Positions 13,296-26,835 of a DNA stretch of 64,000 nt are shown piece by piece (within the stretch, counting starts at the first letter, position 1; every line of letters starts with the position of its first letter). Both the position numbers and the translations under genes were made by a program. The notes beneath the pieces were generated by a model, which was not told the DNA's origin, did not search any database, and saw nothing but the letters and a program-made list of their open reading frames with translations. This DNA is from Moniliella sp. 'wahieum' (taxonomy: Eukaryota), in assembly GCA_003971905.1 (NCBI GenBank), contig RSEE01000115.1:62001-126000 (forward strand). The letters run 5' to 3'.

Positions 13296-14336
13296 GCACC
13301 AGAATCTAGTTTCCTTCAACCTATATGCGCTCAAGCTATCGCACAATATGAGTGTGTACTATGCATCCACATAAGCCCAGACACTATCCAACCAATTAAG
13401 TCCATTCCGTCGACCTGGAGTTCAAGAGTCTGCCCGAGATTTCGCTCGGGCGGAGAAGGGCAAGAACAAGTGCCGCGTCGGGGTCCTGCGTCTCCCAGGC
13501 CAGCCAGGGGTATATAGGTGCCTAAGGAAATCGTGCCCTTATCAGATCACGCCATCCGCGGGCGAGAACCTCATCCTCACGAATCCAACTCGAACTGCGC
13601 AGGCGGAGCAGTTCGTTTGTGGTGCAGTGGAGTGTTGCAACGCATGAGTTGTCCGCGGGCGTGTAATATACGCCGTTGAGCGTTGAATTCCAACGTTGAC
13701 CAGTTGCGCATCCCTTGCGTGTCCATTGAAGTCATAACTAAGCTTCCCTTGTTTACCGGAGGCAAGTGCCCAGCCCGACTCCTCGTACTCTCGCTCACAT
13801 AATAGATTGTTTCGATTCCACCCTCGTCTTCCCCCTCAAGGCAGAGAGGGAAGGCACCTGAACCACTGTGTGCTCCAACCGCAACAGTGGCGCATGCGCT
13901 GGATCTACCCGAGTTCAAGTCCTAACGAAGGAAGCCCTTGAATGCCATCATTATACCTTCCGTATCGTTGGCTCGCCAGGCTGACTGCTCCTGCATGAAG
14001 GTAGTCATGAGGGAGAGGCACCTGGCCTAGCTTATCACCACCTGTACAGATTCTGGACTTCAGTCATAATGCGCGTTCGGTACTAGCTCCATGCCCAATC
14101 AATGAGGGAATAAGGAGGCTGGGCTACCTTCCTCGTTCACTCTCTCGTCGCGCCTATGACCAATAGAAAGATAGGACGTGCAACGTGCCATCACAGCACC
14201 ATCATTTTGAGGGGCGAGCTAACATGCGGTTCGGTCGAGGCGAGGCCAATTGGACGAGCCACACGTTCTCCACCCGCGCGCATACGTGTAGGAACAGCGC
14301 CACAAGAGGGGGCAACTGATCTTGACCAGCGAGCAT

Positions 14337-14699
14337 TTACTTTTGGTAGCTCCAAACGTTGCGCAGCACTGCACCACATTCCGACAAGGCACGTCAGTCA
14401 GCACAACTGTCCCACTCCTCCTAGTCCTCCCCCCACGATCATGAGAGATGCGATGGAAAATGAACGTACAGCCTCCTGGGTAGCAAGGCGGTTGATCGAG
14501 TCGTCGCTCTCCCCCGACTTGCGAACGAAGCCCGAGATGGCAAACACCGTCGACGCGCCGGGCACCGCACGGCCCTCTCGTCCACGTCAGCAACGGCAAT
14601 CTGGACCGAAGCGTGGTCCTTGGCCTGGAGGATACGGCCAGTGGCAGCGCACTTCCGGGGGACGTAGAGGTCCACGAGCTGGTGCTTGTCGTTTTCCAT
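14337..14699 (-). CDS. RPS21: 40S ribosomal protein S21 (eS21)
   Basis: [48 protein letters not shown], intron 14469-14369, last exon LRNVWSYQK*. One indel near 14575. Confidence 0.95.
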
Positions 14700-15998
14700 T
14701 CTTGCGGTAGCGGGGAAAAGGTAGGGTGGGAAGGGGGCGGGGGAGGGGGGCGGCGCGCCAGCTGGGGTCCAGAACAAGGAGGCGGGGCTTCATTGCGCCA
14801 CAGAGACAGTGCCAGGCAGGCACAGGGGCAGTATGGCCTGTGGTAACCCTATTATTTGGGTGCTCGCTGCGGCACGTGACTTTTAGTCACGGGACGCCTT
14901 GTGCAGGCTATGGGACGTGGAAGCGCCAAGCCTGGTTTAATTAAGCTCTGTGGCCGCCGCCGGCTGTCGGATCGGCACCAACGCCCCAGGGGCGAGTGGG
15001 GCGGGTGAAATAACGATTGCGGCGGCGCTGCCCTTGCGGTTGACCCGCTTTGCGATGATCGATGACAGATAGATGACATGGACACATCGCGGGCGCTGGT
15101 GCGCGGGCTAGACGCCGGAGAAGCGTGGGGAGCGTGTGGGCAGCTGCCCTGCAGATGGCCATCCACATAGGGACGGTTCGCGGGCTTAGGGCTTAGCCAT
15201 TGGGGCTGGTGTTGCTGACGCGCTGACGCTTTCTGGCGGGCGAAGCTTGAAGCTTGCCGGGGGGGGAGATATCTGGCTTGAACGTAACGCGTAAAACTCG
15301 TAAAGCCTGGCTGGGTCTGAGATCGCCGTCTCAGATTCTGAGATGCGAGCGATCTCAGGCGAGCTGCCCGTCTGCGGTGCTCGATATCGGCTCCTAGCCG
15401 ACCCGGGGCAGTAGGGGTCTGGCGGAGGATGCGCCTCACATGTCACACATGTCACACGCGCTATGAGAAGCCAGGCCGAGCGCGCGTTGAGGCTGAGCGC
15501 TCAAGTTGAGCGCTGAGCAGGGGGAGACCAAAGCGAAAAGCACTGGACATGATGCATGACATGCGCAGTGTGCCCAGGCAGGTAATGCGCATGACAGGAC
15601 AGCGCCAATGATTAATGATCGACATCCCTTCCCTGGAATCAGACGTGGGTGGCGAACACCACACTGTGCGCATCCGTCAGCATGCCCAGTGCCACCCGCT
15701 AAGCCCAACTCAGCGCGGAGCATAGCGGGGACAGCGCCGTCTTCCTGGGCCGCCGGCCTGATATATTCCCACATGTTGCCAATAGGCGGTGGCGTTGTGG
15801 CTCCCTTCTCTGCGTACTAGCTGTACCCTCCGTCGCCTCATCGATCATCAGATCTCAGATCTTATATCGCCCTCCCGCCACAGTAGGCGTCACGCGCGTC
15901 CCGCCCGTCCAGCCCCACCCCCGTCAACTCAGCACCCTTTGTGGCAGCTGTGTCTTCTGCCCCCAACCCCTCCCCGCCTCGCCTCTTTCATCCCCGCC

Positions 15999-18862
15999 AT
16001 GGCCCTGCTGGTTCCCGTCCTTGCCGCCGGCACCTGAGTTCGCTCGACTATTTCGTTCCCGGCCCACCTCCCATCTCATACCACCCTTGCCCCCCCCCCC
16101 CCCGCCCCCCTTTGCAGCCAGGTGCCCCATAGGCCCACGCCCTTGTCCATGCCGCTGATGCGCATGCCCCCCGCATCATCTGGCGTGGCTACGCCCATCG
16201 CGTCTGCCTCAGCCCTCTCGCCCCGCCCTCCGACCCCTCCGCGGCGGCATGCGTCAATTCATCAACAGGACTACTATGCACCCCCCTATACCCATTGCCA
16301 CCTCCTTACTCCTGTCTACCCCAAGCCAGTATGTTTACCCGCCCTCTTCGGCCTCACTTCCCCAAGTTCCCACCTTCACCTCCGCCTTTACTTCCACGGC
16401 CTCCTCCACCGATCTCAACCAGCAGCTATCCTCCTCTTCCTTCTCTGCTTCCATTCATGTTCTATCGCTAGCCGTACAAGGTCCTCAAGGCGGCTGCAAT
16501 CCCGGCTCTGCCTTGGCCGCCATCTGTTCATCTCCTTCCCTGCCTCTACCCGGCTCGCCTACCAAAACTGCCGTCACCGGCACTTCTGCCATGGAGTCAG
16601 CAACTGAGTCTGCCCCTTTGTCTATTGAGGAGGTGAGGACAGCGACCCTTACCGGCCCCACCGCCACTGGAGAATGGACCATCGACGCTCTTCCTTCCAT
16701 GTCTACCAATTCCACAGCCCAAGCAGGTGCGATGCTGGCAAACTCTTCTGTACAAGACGCTGGTTCCTCTGGCCCAAATGCCTCCTCCTTGCCCCTGTCT
16801 GCACCCCAAGGATCACTTGCTGCGTCGCCGGACCAACCCTCTCACACCTCGAACCAAGTAGGCAAAGTGGTGGGCAGCGTGATTGGTGGGGTGGCGGGGC
16901 TGGTTGTTTTGATTCTCCTCCTAGGTTTGCTGATTGCCTGGAGCCGCCGCCGCTTACGCCACCCTACGAGTGCTGCCAGTCCGAAGGGAATGGAACCCCC
17001 CAGTCCTCTGAGCGAGAAAGGTAGGGCGGCTGGTTACTGGAGGAGCGCAATGGCGTGGAAGCGAAAGGATGCTTCCCTTCCACCTCCATTGCCCGTGGAG
17101 AAAGTATCCAGCAACCCATTCTCGGCACAGTCACCTGTCCAATCCAAAGGAGAGAGCGAAGAGATCATATCCCCTTCCCGCCGCTTTTTCACTTTATCGC
17201 GTCTGGGAGCATGGTTAGGCCTCCTCCCACCAGGGGAAAAGACCCGCCTGACTCCTCTTTTCAATCCGTCTCGCTTCTTTAACGGTGTCGCCCCGCCTGT
17301 TCCGGCTTTGGCGGGAAAGATGAAGGAACGGCCCAACGGCTTGGATGGTGATTTTTACCGGTACACGTCGGCGCCCGATGTGTTTGTTCCTTCGCCGTCT
17401 CAGGAGCCTGGTTCCAATGTCTTTGCCGCCCCAACGTACGAGTGGGTCTACCACCCCATGACCCCGCCGCCGAGGGAAGAGCTCGATGTCACCCAGATCT
17501 CTGAGGTCATTTCCTCCACAACCTGCACAACCTCTCCTCGCCCGAAGCTGCATTGGGATCAGACGGATTTCAGCTCTGGTCGGCGCTATGCCGCTGACCC
17601 AATTGGTAAAGTAGGGTCCCCTTCAGGGTCAGGCTCTTCTGGCGAAGAACAAACAGTGATACCCTCATCGGGATCACTAGGTTCGGGCAAGTGGTCAGGG
17701 CACAGTGTGAAGAGGAACCCATCTATCGCCCCGACGTTGTCGGCCTCACCACCTGACTCGCCGGACAGTCCAACTCAACAATCGTTCGGTCGGAACCAGG
17801 TTGGCCGCCAATCTCCGGTATGCTGTACGTCCGACACGAAGGACCCAACAACTCCCATCTCTGTCCCTCTCGTCCCTGTCGTTGAACCGTCACCGGCAAG
17901 CGAAGCAAATACGCCGACGGTTTCTGTCCCGCCTTGTTGCTTTTTGCCTTCGTCGTCCCTGTCCAGAGGATGCCCCTCTTCACCTCGACACACGGGGATG
18001 CGCCGCCCCTCCATCCCGGCCAATTTCACTGCCTCACCTTCTTGGAATACCATGCAGGGGATGGGAGTGTGTCTCATGCCGCCTCAGCCGTGCACCCGGG
18101 TGGTCCTTCCGCTTCCATATCACTTACCTATCCGCGAGCGGTGTTACAACCCTCGAGACCTGACTTGTTCTCCGCGTGTCCTTGGCCCACCCATCTTGAT
18201 CGTGGCTCGAGGTTCACCTTCATCGCGCCCGTGCGCAACGCATCCGTCTCCACCTCGGCCGGCACTCACTCGGACAAGACCCACGACCGTACATCCAGTA
18301 CCTCCCACAGTGTCTCCCAAAGTACCTCCCAAAGTACTTCCCACAGCACCTGCCACAGTACCTGCCACAGTGCCTCTCCCCCCCTCTCTTCAGCCACCAC
18401 GCTGATCGCCACCAATCCGCTGCAGCACCAAGCTTCACTGCGCCGACCCAGCCGCACCTCCTTCGTCTCTCTTTCTCCCTTGCCTACCTGGATTGCCTGG
18501 CCCACAACTCCGTACCACCCCCCTCGCGCTACTCTCTCACTTTAGGTCCGTTGCAATCGGAAGAACAGACGGAGACCCCGCCCGAGACCAACAGGGTTGG
18601 ATCCCTTCCCCCCTTGCCCCACTGTGCGCCCGGGCATCAGGGTCTCAGCACGTGCCTCGCAGAAGGCGAAGGTGCCGAGTGTTCGGACGATGGCCAAAAG
18701 CATCCCCTGCGCCCAGCACCCCCCCCTCAGCGTAGCGTTCAGTCCCCGCCCTTCCCCTCGTCCTTGCACCGCGGTACGTCGTCGAGGGTGGTGAGGCGAG
18801 ATCCGGACTGCGTGGGGGAGAAACATGTTACCATGTTAACCTGCCCCCCCCCTCTGCCTTGA
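15999..18862 (+). CDS. Ser/Pro-rich single-pass membrane protein (Mid2/SKG6-like architecture)
   Basis: 718-aa ORF with a Ser/Thr-rich N-region, TM helix VVGSVIGGVAGLVVLILLLGLLIAW followed by SRRRLR, and a long low-complexity tail. Both ends are inferred across frameshifts. Confidence 0.6.
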
Positions 18863-19578
18863 CGTTGTTTCTCCTTGCCCACGCGGAAAGCAAAAGCAAC
18901 AGGAGGCTGGGGCAGGTCCTTAACTAACCCTTAGGTCGTATAAGAGTTTTCGTTTTGTTATACCCATTCCGTCCAACGACGCTTCTACATGCCACTCTTG
19001 CAGTGACTAGTGATTCCGCATCGCCTATCGCCCACTCGGGCGTGGGTTGTACAAAGAACATTTTCTTTCCTTCCAATGCACTTCCTTCCCACCAGTTTTT
19101 TCCAGATCAAAAAATCCACGCTTGACTCTCTTTTCTTTCCCTTCCCCCCCTCCCCCCCCCCTGGACGAGGCAGGGGACACAACCAGGTTACTCACCATAG
19201 ATCGATCGCCCCCTCATGCACCGATCCCAACACGGGTTCCGGCCACCTCCGTCCCCGTGGGATTCCCAGGCACGTCAAAACAAAACAAAGGACAGGATAG
19301 GATAAGATATGGAGGCAATGTATGAGGTGCGGCCCGTAGTGTGTGATTACTCGGGTAGTCACGTCGGGGGCAGGGCATGAACTCGGACTCGAACACCCAC
19401 CCTGACCCTGATCCCGACCTTGATCACGACCCTGATCTCGATCTCCACGCCAGCGCCAGCACAACGCGGATCGACAGGCACGCAGACGAATCTGGTTGAG
19501 GGGGCGGTACAGGACCGAAACCAAGCTACCCAGGATGATGCATAATGTGTTGACCTTGCCGCTCTTGCAAGTCGATCT

Positions 19579-22500
19579 CTACCCGCCTTCTTCTTGCCCT
19601 CCCGGGGCATCCTGACCCGCTCCCTCCATCGTCCCGCCCATCGCTACACCAGCTTCTTCCTCGGGCCCGGTACTCGTCTTGGACAAAGTGTCCACTTCAC
19701 GCGCATCCTCACGCTCGGGGTGCGGATTGGCTTGCGTCTCCCGCAAACTCGGTGTCTCCTCCCGAGCATGGGCCTGGACCTGAGCCTGAGCCTGGTCTTG
19801 GTGCGGGTCCTGATGTGGAAGTGGGGGCTGAGGTTGGGGCTGGAGCTGGGGCTGGGGCTGGTGCTGGGTCGGGGTTGGGGTCGGAGGTTGACGCAAGGCC
19901 GGAGCAGTGACCGGTTGCGGTTGCGGGTCAGGCTGCTTACGCGCAACCAAGGCACGAGCACTTGCTGCCACCTCGGGCGGGCAGGCAAGTTGCTTGAGCG
20001 TATCAAGGGGCCTGGTGAACGACGCTTTCCCCTTGCCCCAACGGAGGTTGCGTCGCCCTGACGGTCGGGACGCAGGCGAGTCCGACCCTGCGTACCCGCT
20101 GTACGAGGGCGGGTGCCAGCGGGCGAAGTGGAAGCTGCAACAGGCACGGGGGAAAGTGTGCCCGAGACAAGCGAAGGCGGTAGCCTGGGCGAGTCGTCTC
20201 CCTGATTCTGGTCCTGGTCCTGGTCCTGGTCCTTGTCCTGCTCCTGCTCCTGCTCTTGCTCCTGGTTCTTCTTAGGGTTGGGAAGTGGCTGGGAAGCGTA
20301 CCGTCGTGCTGCTCCGGCCACGGAGGACCGGAGTGGAAGCTGGGGACGGGGTTTGATTCGGGCGTGGTCGGGTGCAGCGATGGGGCGGGTCGCGGGTGGA
20401 GGACAGGTCGCGTGAACGAGACCGTGTGCTAGACGTGGCCGATACAGTGGAGGGAGCAGCAGAGGTGGACAAACCACCGGTAGGCGTTCCTGTGGCCGAA
20501 GCGCGTGTGGATCGGGCATGTCCAGGGGACGGGTTGGTGGCCAACAAGATCGGTTCGACGTGCACAGGTTTCCGAGCTCGTTTCGATCCAATCCCCGCGG
20601 TCCAGGCTAAGGCCAAGTTCTTAACACTGGTCCGCGCCGATCCTTGCGTCGCGATCGACACGCTTTCTGCTCCCCCTGCTGCGCCTACGACCGCCTCAGC
20701 AGGGCGCACCGACTCTTCAATGACCGCACCTGACCTTCCCCTCCCGGCTTCTGCTTCCGCATGGGGCGCATTCTCTTTATCCCGATCGCGATCGTCCGAA
20801 TCGGGATCCCTTTCGCGCTCCATCGGATTAGCAACCTCCGCTTCCGGACTAAGTCGCAGTCGTTTCGCATCGCTCCGGCCTGGGCCGGCGAAGCGCCGCT
20901 TGTCCCCGCCCTTGGGGGGATGGTGGGTCAGGCTGCGCGAATCCAGTTTGGCTTGGCCCGCGGGGGCCGCGCAGACATGCGCGGTGGACCAGGTGGCACG
21001 CTGGAAAGTGAGGGGTGCGCCGCGGGCTGGGCGGACAGCGTGGACGGAACCGGCCTTGGCTCGACGCGCCCCAGTGCTGTGCCAAAGCGTTGGTCGTCGC
21101 TTGTTTGCCCAGAATGCGAGGTCCCTTGGGCTCGAGCGCTTGCGCCGTGGAGGAAGATGTGCGGGATGCGTCGCTGCTGTCGGGGAACGATGAGTGCTTT
21201 TCTTTCTTGGTACGCGCGAGCGGTAGGTTAGAAGCCGCGGGAGCTGGGGGAAGTGAGTTGCTAGTGTCTCGAATGCGAGCGCAGAGAGGGATGCTGAGCC
21301 AGACAAGGCAGGATCGTCGGATTCGTCAGGGAAGGGAGGAGGGGAGAGATCAGATAGGGCCGTGTCCATGTCAATGTCCATGTCCATGTTCATGTCCAGG
21401 TCAGGAAGAGGGGGGGTCTCCCTCTTGGGTGGTGGAGGGCCTCGGCCGGAAGAACGGCGTGTGCGACGGGGGGTACGCGTTTCCGTCCCTGGCAGAGGCT
21501 CGTCCGTAGCATCACTACGTCGTCCTCGGGGCGTGCCGAGAGATTCGGTGGAAGCGCGGCGCGAAACCGAGCGTGACGAGGACGTTCGCCGCAGAGGTTG
21601 GGAACCCTGCCATTGGTGCGCACCACCGGGCGCGCGGAATGAGCAGCAGAGCTGTTCTTTCTCTGGCGTGACACGACCGGAGCCGATTTGCGTCGTAAGG
21701 CGGTGGAGGAGCGGGCAGATGGCCGACGCAACGACGAGTAGGATCTGAGAGACATCCGCCTTCGTTTGACCGCAGGATCATCAAGGTAGTCAGCATTCCC
21801 AGTTTCCCTCAAGGGGGTGAGCACAACAGGTGTCCCCCGCTCCGAGGGATCGGGCGAGGTGTCGGATGCAGCCCGCAACGCCTTCCGTTTCCGCCACGAA
21901 AGCGCCGGGAGTTCCTTGCGGTCGTAGTGGTACCGCTGCCCCTCTTGTGGGGCGTAAGAACAATATCAGGCCCAGAGGCACCCTTTTTGCTGCTCCCTTC
22001 AGGGGGAATACGATTGGGCCAGTCGACTCTGAAGAGTTTATAGTGCCGCTCACAACGGGAACACTCCTTGGGTCCACCACGACTCTCTGGACCAAAAATG
22101 CAACCCGCATGTGTAGCACTCTCGCTCCGGCCCTTTGTTTCCGCCGCCGCCCGATTCGAGGAGCGCTTCGGGCTCATCGAGCATTTTGCGAGTAATGTTG
22201 CCGTCCTTGGTGTCGCTGTTGGACTCGGCGTACTTGACTTCCTGTAGATCGAGAAATTGGGAGAGCGCACTGGGCGGTGGCGGTTTTTCAGCGGCATGAC
22301 GTCGAAGCGCCCGCTCGGCAATGGACAATTCCTCGGTCTCTTCTTCCTTTCTACTGCCGCTGGTGCCGAGGCAGATCGGCTGGGTCCGGCAGAAGAGCTG
22401 CTCTCGTCGGCAGCCGGGGTAAACGCGCCTTGTTGCCGCGCCTCGCATGTGGCACAGAGACACTCGGCATTGTCCACTTCAAAGTAATTGTCGCCATAGT

Positions 22501-23608
22501 AGGTTACAATCTCTTCGTTGACATGGATGGGACGGATACAGCGAAAGGCCATCTGGTTGCCCATGCGGTAAAACTCAACGTTGGGTTCGCAGTCGTGGTT
22601 GACGAACCGCGCCGGGCCCAAAAAGAGCTGCGAACACCCTTTGCGCGCGGAGCGGATAACAGAAAAGTCGCGCCCGGTTCCTAAGACACCCTTGTAGCGA
22701 AACTTGCGACTCGGCGGCGCCGTCTCCGTGTCCGAGGGCAGCGTGTGCTTGAGGGTACGGTGGTGCGCCGCCTCTTCCCGCAGCGCCTCGTCCTCCTCCT
22801 TGGTAAGGTCAGTGATGCCGCCCTTGCAGGCATAGATGATGTCGCCCGGCTTGAACTCTTGGGTGGCCAGCACGCACATGTCGGCTTTGGATAGAAGCGA
22901 GGCAGAGGGAAGGGGGCGGGAGGCCTCGGCATCAGCGACCTCTGTCTCGGTCTCGACCTCCGTTTCGGTCTCGGCACCGGTGCTGCTGCTGGGCCTGGGC
23001 GGGCGGGGGAGGGACCTACGGCCGAGGATCTGAGAGGTGCCATTGGTCAGGGCTTCGTTGCCTGTGCCGGTGGCACGGACGTGCCGGCCTGGACGGCTTG
23101 GAGGTGGTGGATGGCGCGGTGGGGGGGAGGGCAGTGGGGCGCTGGGCGACTGCTTGTAGCGCATGGTCAGGGCAAACTCAATGCGCTCGAGGGCGATAGC
23201 ATTCGAGGTAGCGCAGCGCATGGGCCTGGAACGCCGCGCGCTGCTTGGGCGACTTGGACTGGAGGTTAGCGCTGTGACGACCTTGGAGTCTGGGGCGCAG
23301 GGCGGGGCGGGCGCAGACGAGGTCAGTGCGCGAGCGGGGCGAAGGGGGCGGGAAGGCAAGGGAGGCAGAAGGACAGGGAGGCACGTACTGGAGGAGCGCG
23401 TCCAGGGCGGCCTGGACAGTGCTTGTCGTGGATGCAGTGGTGCGGACCAGGTGGGCGACCTGGGCCGTGTCGAAGCGGGGGGAGCGGTAGTGGGGGCTCA
23501 TCTTGTGGGTGGACAGGGGCGGGTCCCACTCGAGATGGTCGAGGGGAGGTCGGAGAGGAGGTCGTCGTCCGCCGACAGATCCTGGACGCCGAGAGGGGGG
23601 GCGAGCAT
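19579..23608 (-). CDS. SET9: Histone H4K20 methyltransferase Set9 (KMT5/Suv4-20 family), frameshifted in assembly
   Basis: N-terminal DLSADDDLLSD and THKM; SET domain RDFSVIRSARKGCSQLFLGPARFVNHDCEPN..EEIVTYYGDNYF; post-SET ECLCATCE; CSRCERHYKLF. Downstream minus-strand low-complexity ORFs probably continue the gene, so the 3' end is uncertain. Confidence 0.88.
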
Positions 23609-24225
23609 GGTGGGGGCGAGGGGGGCGGATGGCAGAGCGGATGGGGCTGGCGGAGAGATGCGCGCAATGCTCGTGGCCTCGGGGTTGGTGGCAGGGAGGG
23701 CCAACGGCAGTGTCAACAGCCGTGTCAACAGCAGTGTGACAGCAACGTCGGCAAGAGCGTCAGAACGTCGGCAAGAGCGTCGACAGCAACGCCAGCAGCA
23801 GCGTCAGCAGCAGGCAGCCCAGCAATGCCGGACGCAGCGTCGAGGCATTGTCCGTCTTCCTCAGCGCATCAGCAGCCATCAGTCACGTGCACCCTCCCGT
23901 CGCCCCCAGCAGCCAGCCCGCAGCCGCCCCCCCCCCTCCACGTGGGCACCTGCTTACCTCATCGGCATTGCCTGACGAGTGACTAGTGAGTAGTGATCGA
24001 TGAAACCACTTCCCCATGGCTGCCCAAGCCAACCCTGCTGCCCCGCCCGCTTTTATTGCGGCAGCCGGCAAATCGAAAGGAAGCACGCACCACGCCAGTG
24101 TGGGGCGTGCGCTGGCCCCGTCCCCCTAGGGTTGGGCATCCGCCGTCACAACCCCCCGCCCTCCATCCCCATCCGCCGAGCCACAACGCATCTGCCTCCC
24201 CTCCGTTGCCCCTCCTCCCCTCCCG

Positions 24226-25010
24226 ATGGTCCGTGGTCCTCGCAAGCATCTCAAGCGGCTCGCGCGCCCTCGAGCTGGATGCTCGACAAGCTGGGCGGCG
24301 TGTACGCCCCCCGCCCAGCACCGGCCCCACAAGTTGCGTGAGAGCTTGCGATGGTCTGCTGCTGCGCAACCGGTTGAAGTATGCTCTCACGGCGGCCGCG
24401 AGGTCAACACCATGTCCAGCAGCGCCTATCAAGGTGGACAACAAGGTGCGCACCGACATTACCCTACCCCACTGGCTTTATGGATGTGATCAGCATTGAA
24501 AAGTCGGGCGAGTACTTCCGCATCCCTACGACGTCAAGGGCGCTTGTCGTCCACCGCATTGCTCCCGAGGAGGCTGCCTACAAGCTGCTCAAGGTCAAGC
24601 GTGCAGAGCTCGGCCCGCGCGGCGTGCCCCACATTGTCACCCACGACGGCCGCACCATCCGCTACCCGGACCCGGACGTCAAGGCCGGTGACTCGATCAA
24701 GTTCAACCTGGTTGAGAACAAGCTGGAGGAGATTGTCAAGTTCCAACAGGGTGCCTCGGTCATGGCCACTGGCGGACGTAACCAAGGTCGCGTCGGCGTG
24801 ATCATTGGTCGCGACTCGCACCCTGGTGGCTTTGACATTGTTCATGTCCGCGACCCGATTGGCCGCGAATTCTCCACCCGCATTGGCAACATTTTCATCA
24901 CTGGCAACGACGGTCAGCACTTGATCTCCCTCCCCCGCGGCGGTGGTATCAAGCTCACCATCACCGAGGAGCGTGACCAGCGCCGCGCCCAACGCGAGGC
25001 GGCGAACTAA
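24226..25010 (+). CDS. RPS4: 40S ribosomal protein S4 (eS4), several indels
   Basis: MVRGPRKHLKRL..WMLDKLGGVYAPRP..GPHKLRES..IKVDNKVRTD..YPTGFMDVISIEK..THDGRTIRYPDP..LPRGGGIKLTITEERD. Confidence 0.96.
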
Positions 25011-25600
25011 GTTGTTCCCTTTCCACCGCTGTAGGGGAAGGTGTCACTACCCCCCTGGGCCCCCCTCATCCCACTATATTCCTCTTGAGGCCGGGTACAG
25101 GGAGGAGGGGATGGATATCTGTCTTTCCACTGGTTCCCCTATTCCCTTTCTGTCCCTGGTGGCAAGATGGAAGGGCAAAAAAACGATTTCTCACTAGGCT
25201 CTATGCATGTACCTCCCCCCCTCACTCTTGGCATGATCTATGCCTTGCCCCAATGAAGAAAGAAACTATCCTGCTTCCAACCTTGGGCGCGTGCTACCTG
25301 ACCGCATGCGCGGCTGAGGCCTTCTCTCTAGCCTCGAACTTGCAAGCCGTGAGAGGTGCGTCAGGGCCCAACACGTCTCAGGGTTTATAATTGGTAGAGT
25401 ATCGGATCTGTGCTCCGAGTCACCACGTGGGAGGAGGAAATACGAAGGAAACAACGGCAGTGGGCTTGGGGTGGGCACAGTCTAGTAGGCATTTCAACAT
25501 GCGGAAGAGCAGGGTCAACTGCAGGGGGAGAGGGTGCGGGAAAGCGTTTCCGGAGACAGGGTAAAAACAAAAAGAACCATGATGGTAGCCGGGAAAAAAG

Positions 25601-25705
25601 TGCACTCGCCGGGATTCGAACCCGGGCAACAACTTATGCTAGCTCCTCGTGATGGAACCCACAATACATGGGAAAGTTGCATCTTAACCACTTGATCACG
25701 AGTGC
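25601..25705 (-). tRNA. tRNA-Gly(CCC) with ~33 nt intron
   Basis: Acceptor GCACTCG/CGAGTGC, anticodon stem CAACT/AGTTG with TT-CCC-A then intron, T arm CCGGG-TTCGAAT-CCCGG, T6 terminator downstream. Confidence 0.9.
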
Positions 25706-26789
25706 TCTATGCAAAGGCACACCTGCAGAGTAATACAAGTTGTGTAGGCAATTTATTTCGTGGTTTTCTCACTCTTTTCCTCCCCTGGAAAACCCTTCTC
25801 AGCAATAGAGAGCAAGAATCAATTGAGCCACATGCGTGATACCAGAGCCATGCGGTGGGGGACGTGGGGTTGTGGGCCATGCAGAGGCTCCTTGTGGGGA
25901 CCGAAGCTAAAAAGGCTACTTTCTCTTCAGGGTTCCTTAGTACACGGAGGTTGATGATCGACGATGAGGCGTAACGCGTAATACTAGTAGGAACTCTGAG
26001 AGGCGCACCTTGGTGTGTTCTGCGGCTGCAGGGGTGCGTGGCCCCTGGGGATGGCATGACCCCCTTGCAGGCGGAACGCATCTTCCAACGACACCACCCC
26101 CACCACCATCCTCATCGCATCATCACAGGGAGGGTTCCCAAAAGGCAGAAAATGAATACATCGCATCTCGCATCTCCCTGCTCCACCGCCCTCTACACGC
26201 TCATCAAGCCGTCCAGCGATGCAATGAATCGAAAGCATGGCGGCCGGCTTGGGTTGCATGGCAGCGAGGACAAGAGGCTGTGCACGAGTACGCTGTGTGG
26301 CGGTGGGAGGGCGCAAGGGGCTTTGCTCTTCGCTTGATCGATCATGTGGTGTAGTATCTGCGTGGCGGTGAATTTGTTGCTCAATATGCATCGTAAAAGG
26401 GGCCGATTGCGCTTTCCGACACATGGATGTGGTCGCAGCACACAATAGACGGTAACCGGTAATCTTAGTCGGGGTTGAATGTGGGGGGGCGGCTGAAGAG
26501 GGGTGTCGACCTCCTATCTGTTGTGCTTTCCCCCCAAACAACGTCACACCCGCCCGCCCCCTGCTGCCTTTTCCCTCTTCCACATCCCACACTCTTCCCA
26601 CCTCCCTGCCGGACCACATGGACTTTATCTCTACGCCGTGCGTTCCTCCTGCCTCTCCGCTCCGTTCTCCGTCCTTGCAAACACACACTCCGCCCCCCGC
26701 CCATCGCCTTCCCACCTCGGCTGCGCCCACCTCTCCACAGGGCGCATGCTATAGACTCTCTTTTGTCGTCCTACTCTCCTACTGACCTG

Positions 26790-26820
<31 letters not shown>

Positions 26821-26835
26821 CTCCTGTGCCCCATC

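Larger units (their letters stand above)
6260..13400 (+). repeat. Tandem array of four ~2 kb gene units
   Basis: Coding and flanking blocks recur at about 2 kb spacing, e.g. CCTCGCCGATGGAGAT four times and AATGATGAGATGAA.CCTGGAGCCCTGTGG at about 7632 and 9635. Confidence 0.92.

Noticed and set aside
13430..13453. GCCCGAG/CTCGGGC hairpin at the end of the tandem array as a Helitron 3' end
   Set aside because: No CTRR terminus at the expected distance, and it is not repeated in the other units.
19594..23986. Many long plus-strand ORFs antisense to SET9 (similar cases over RPL25, GH16 and the hydrolase)
   Set aside because: Expected shadow ORFs in high-GC coding DNA; no independent motifs.
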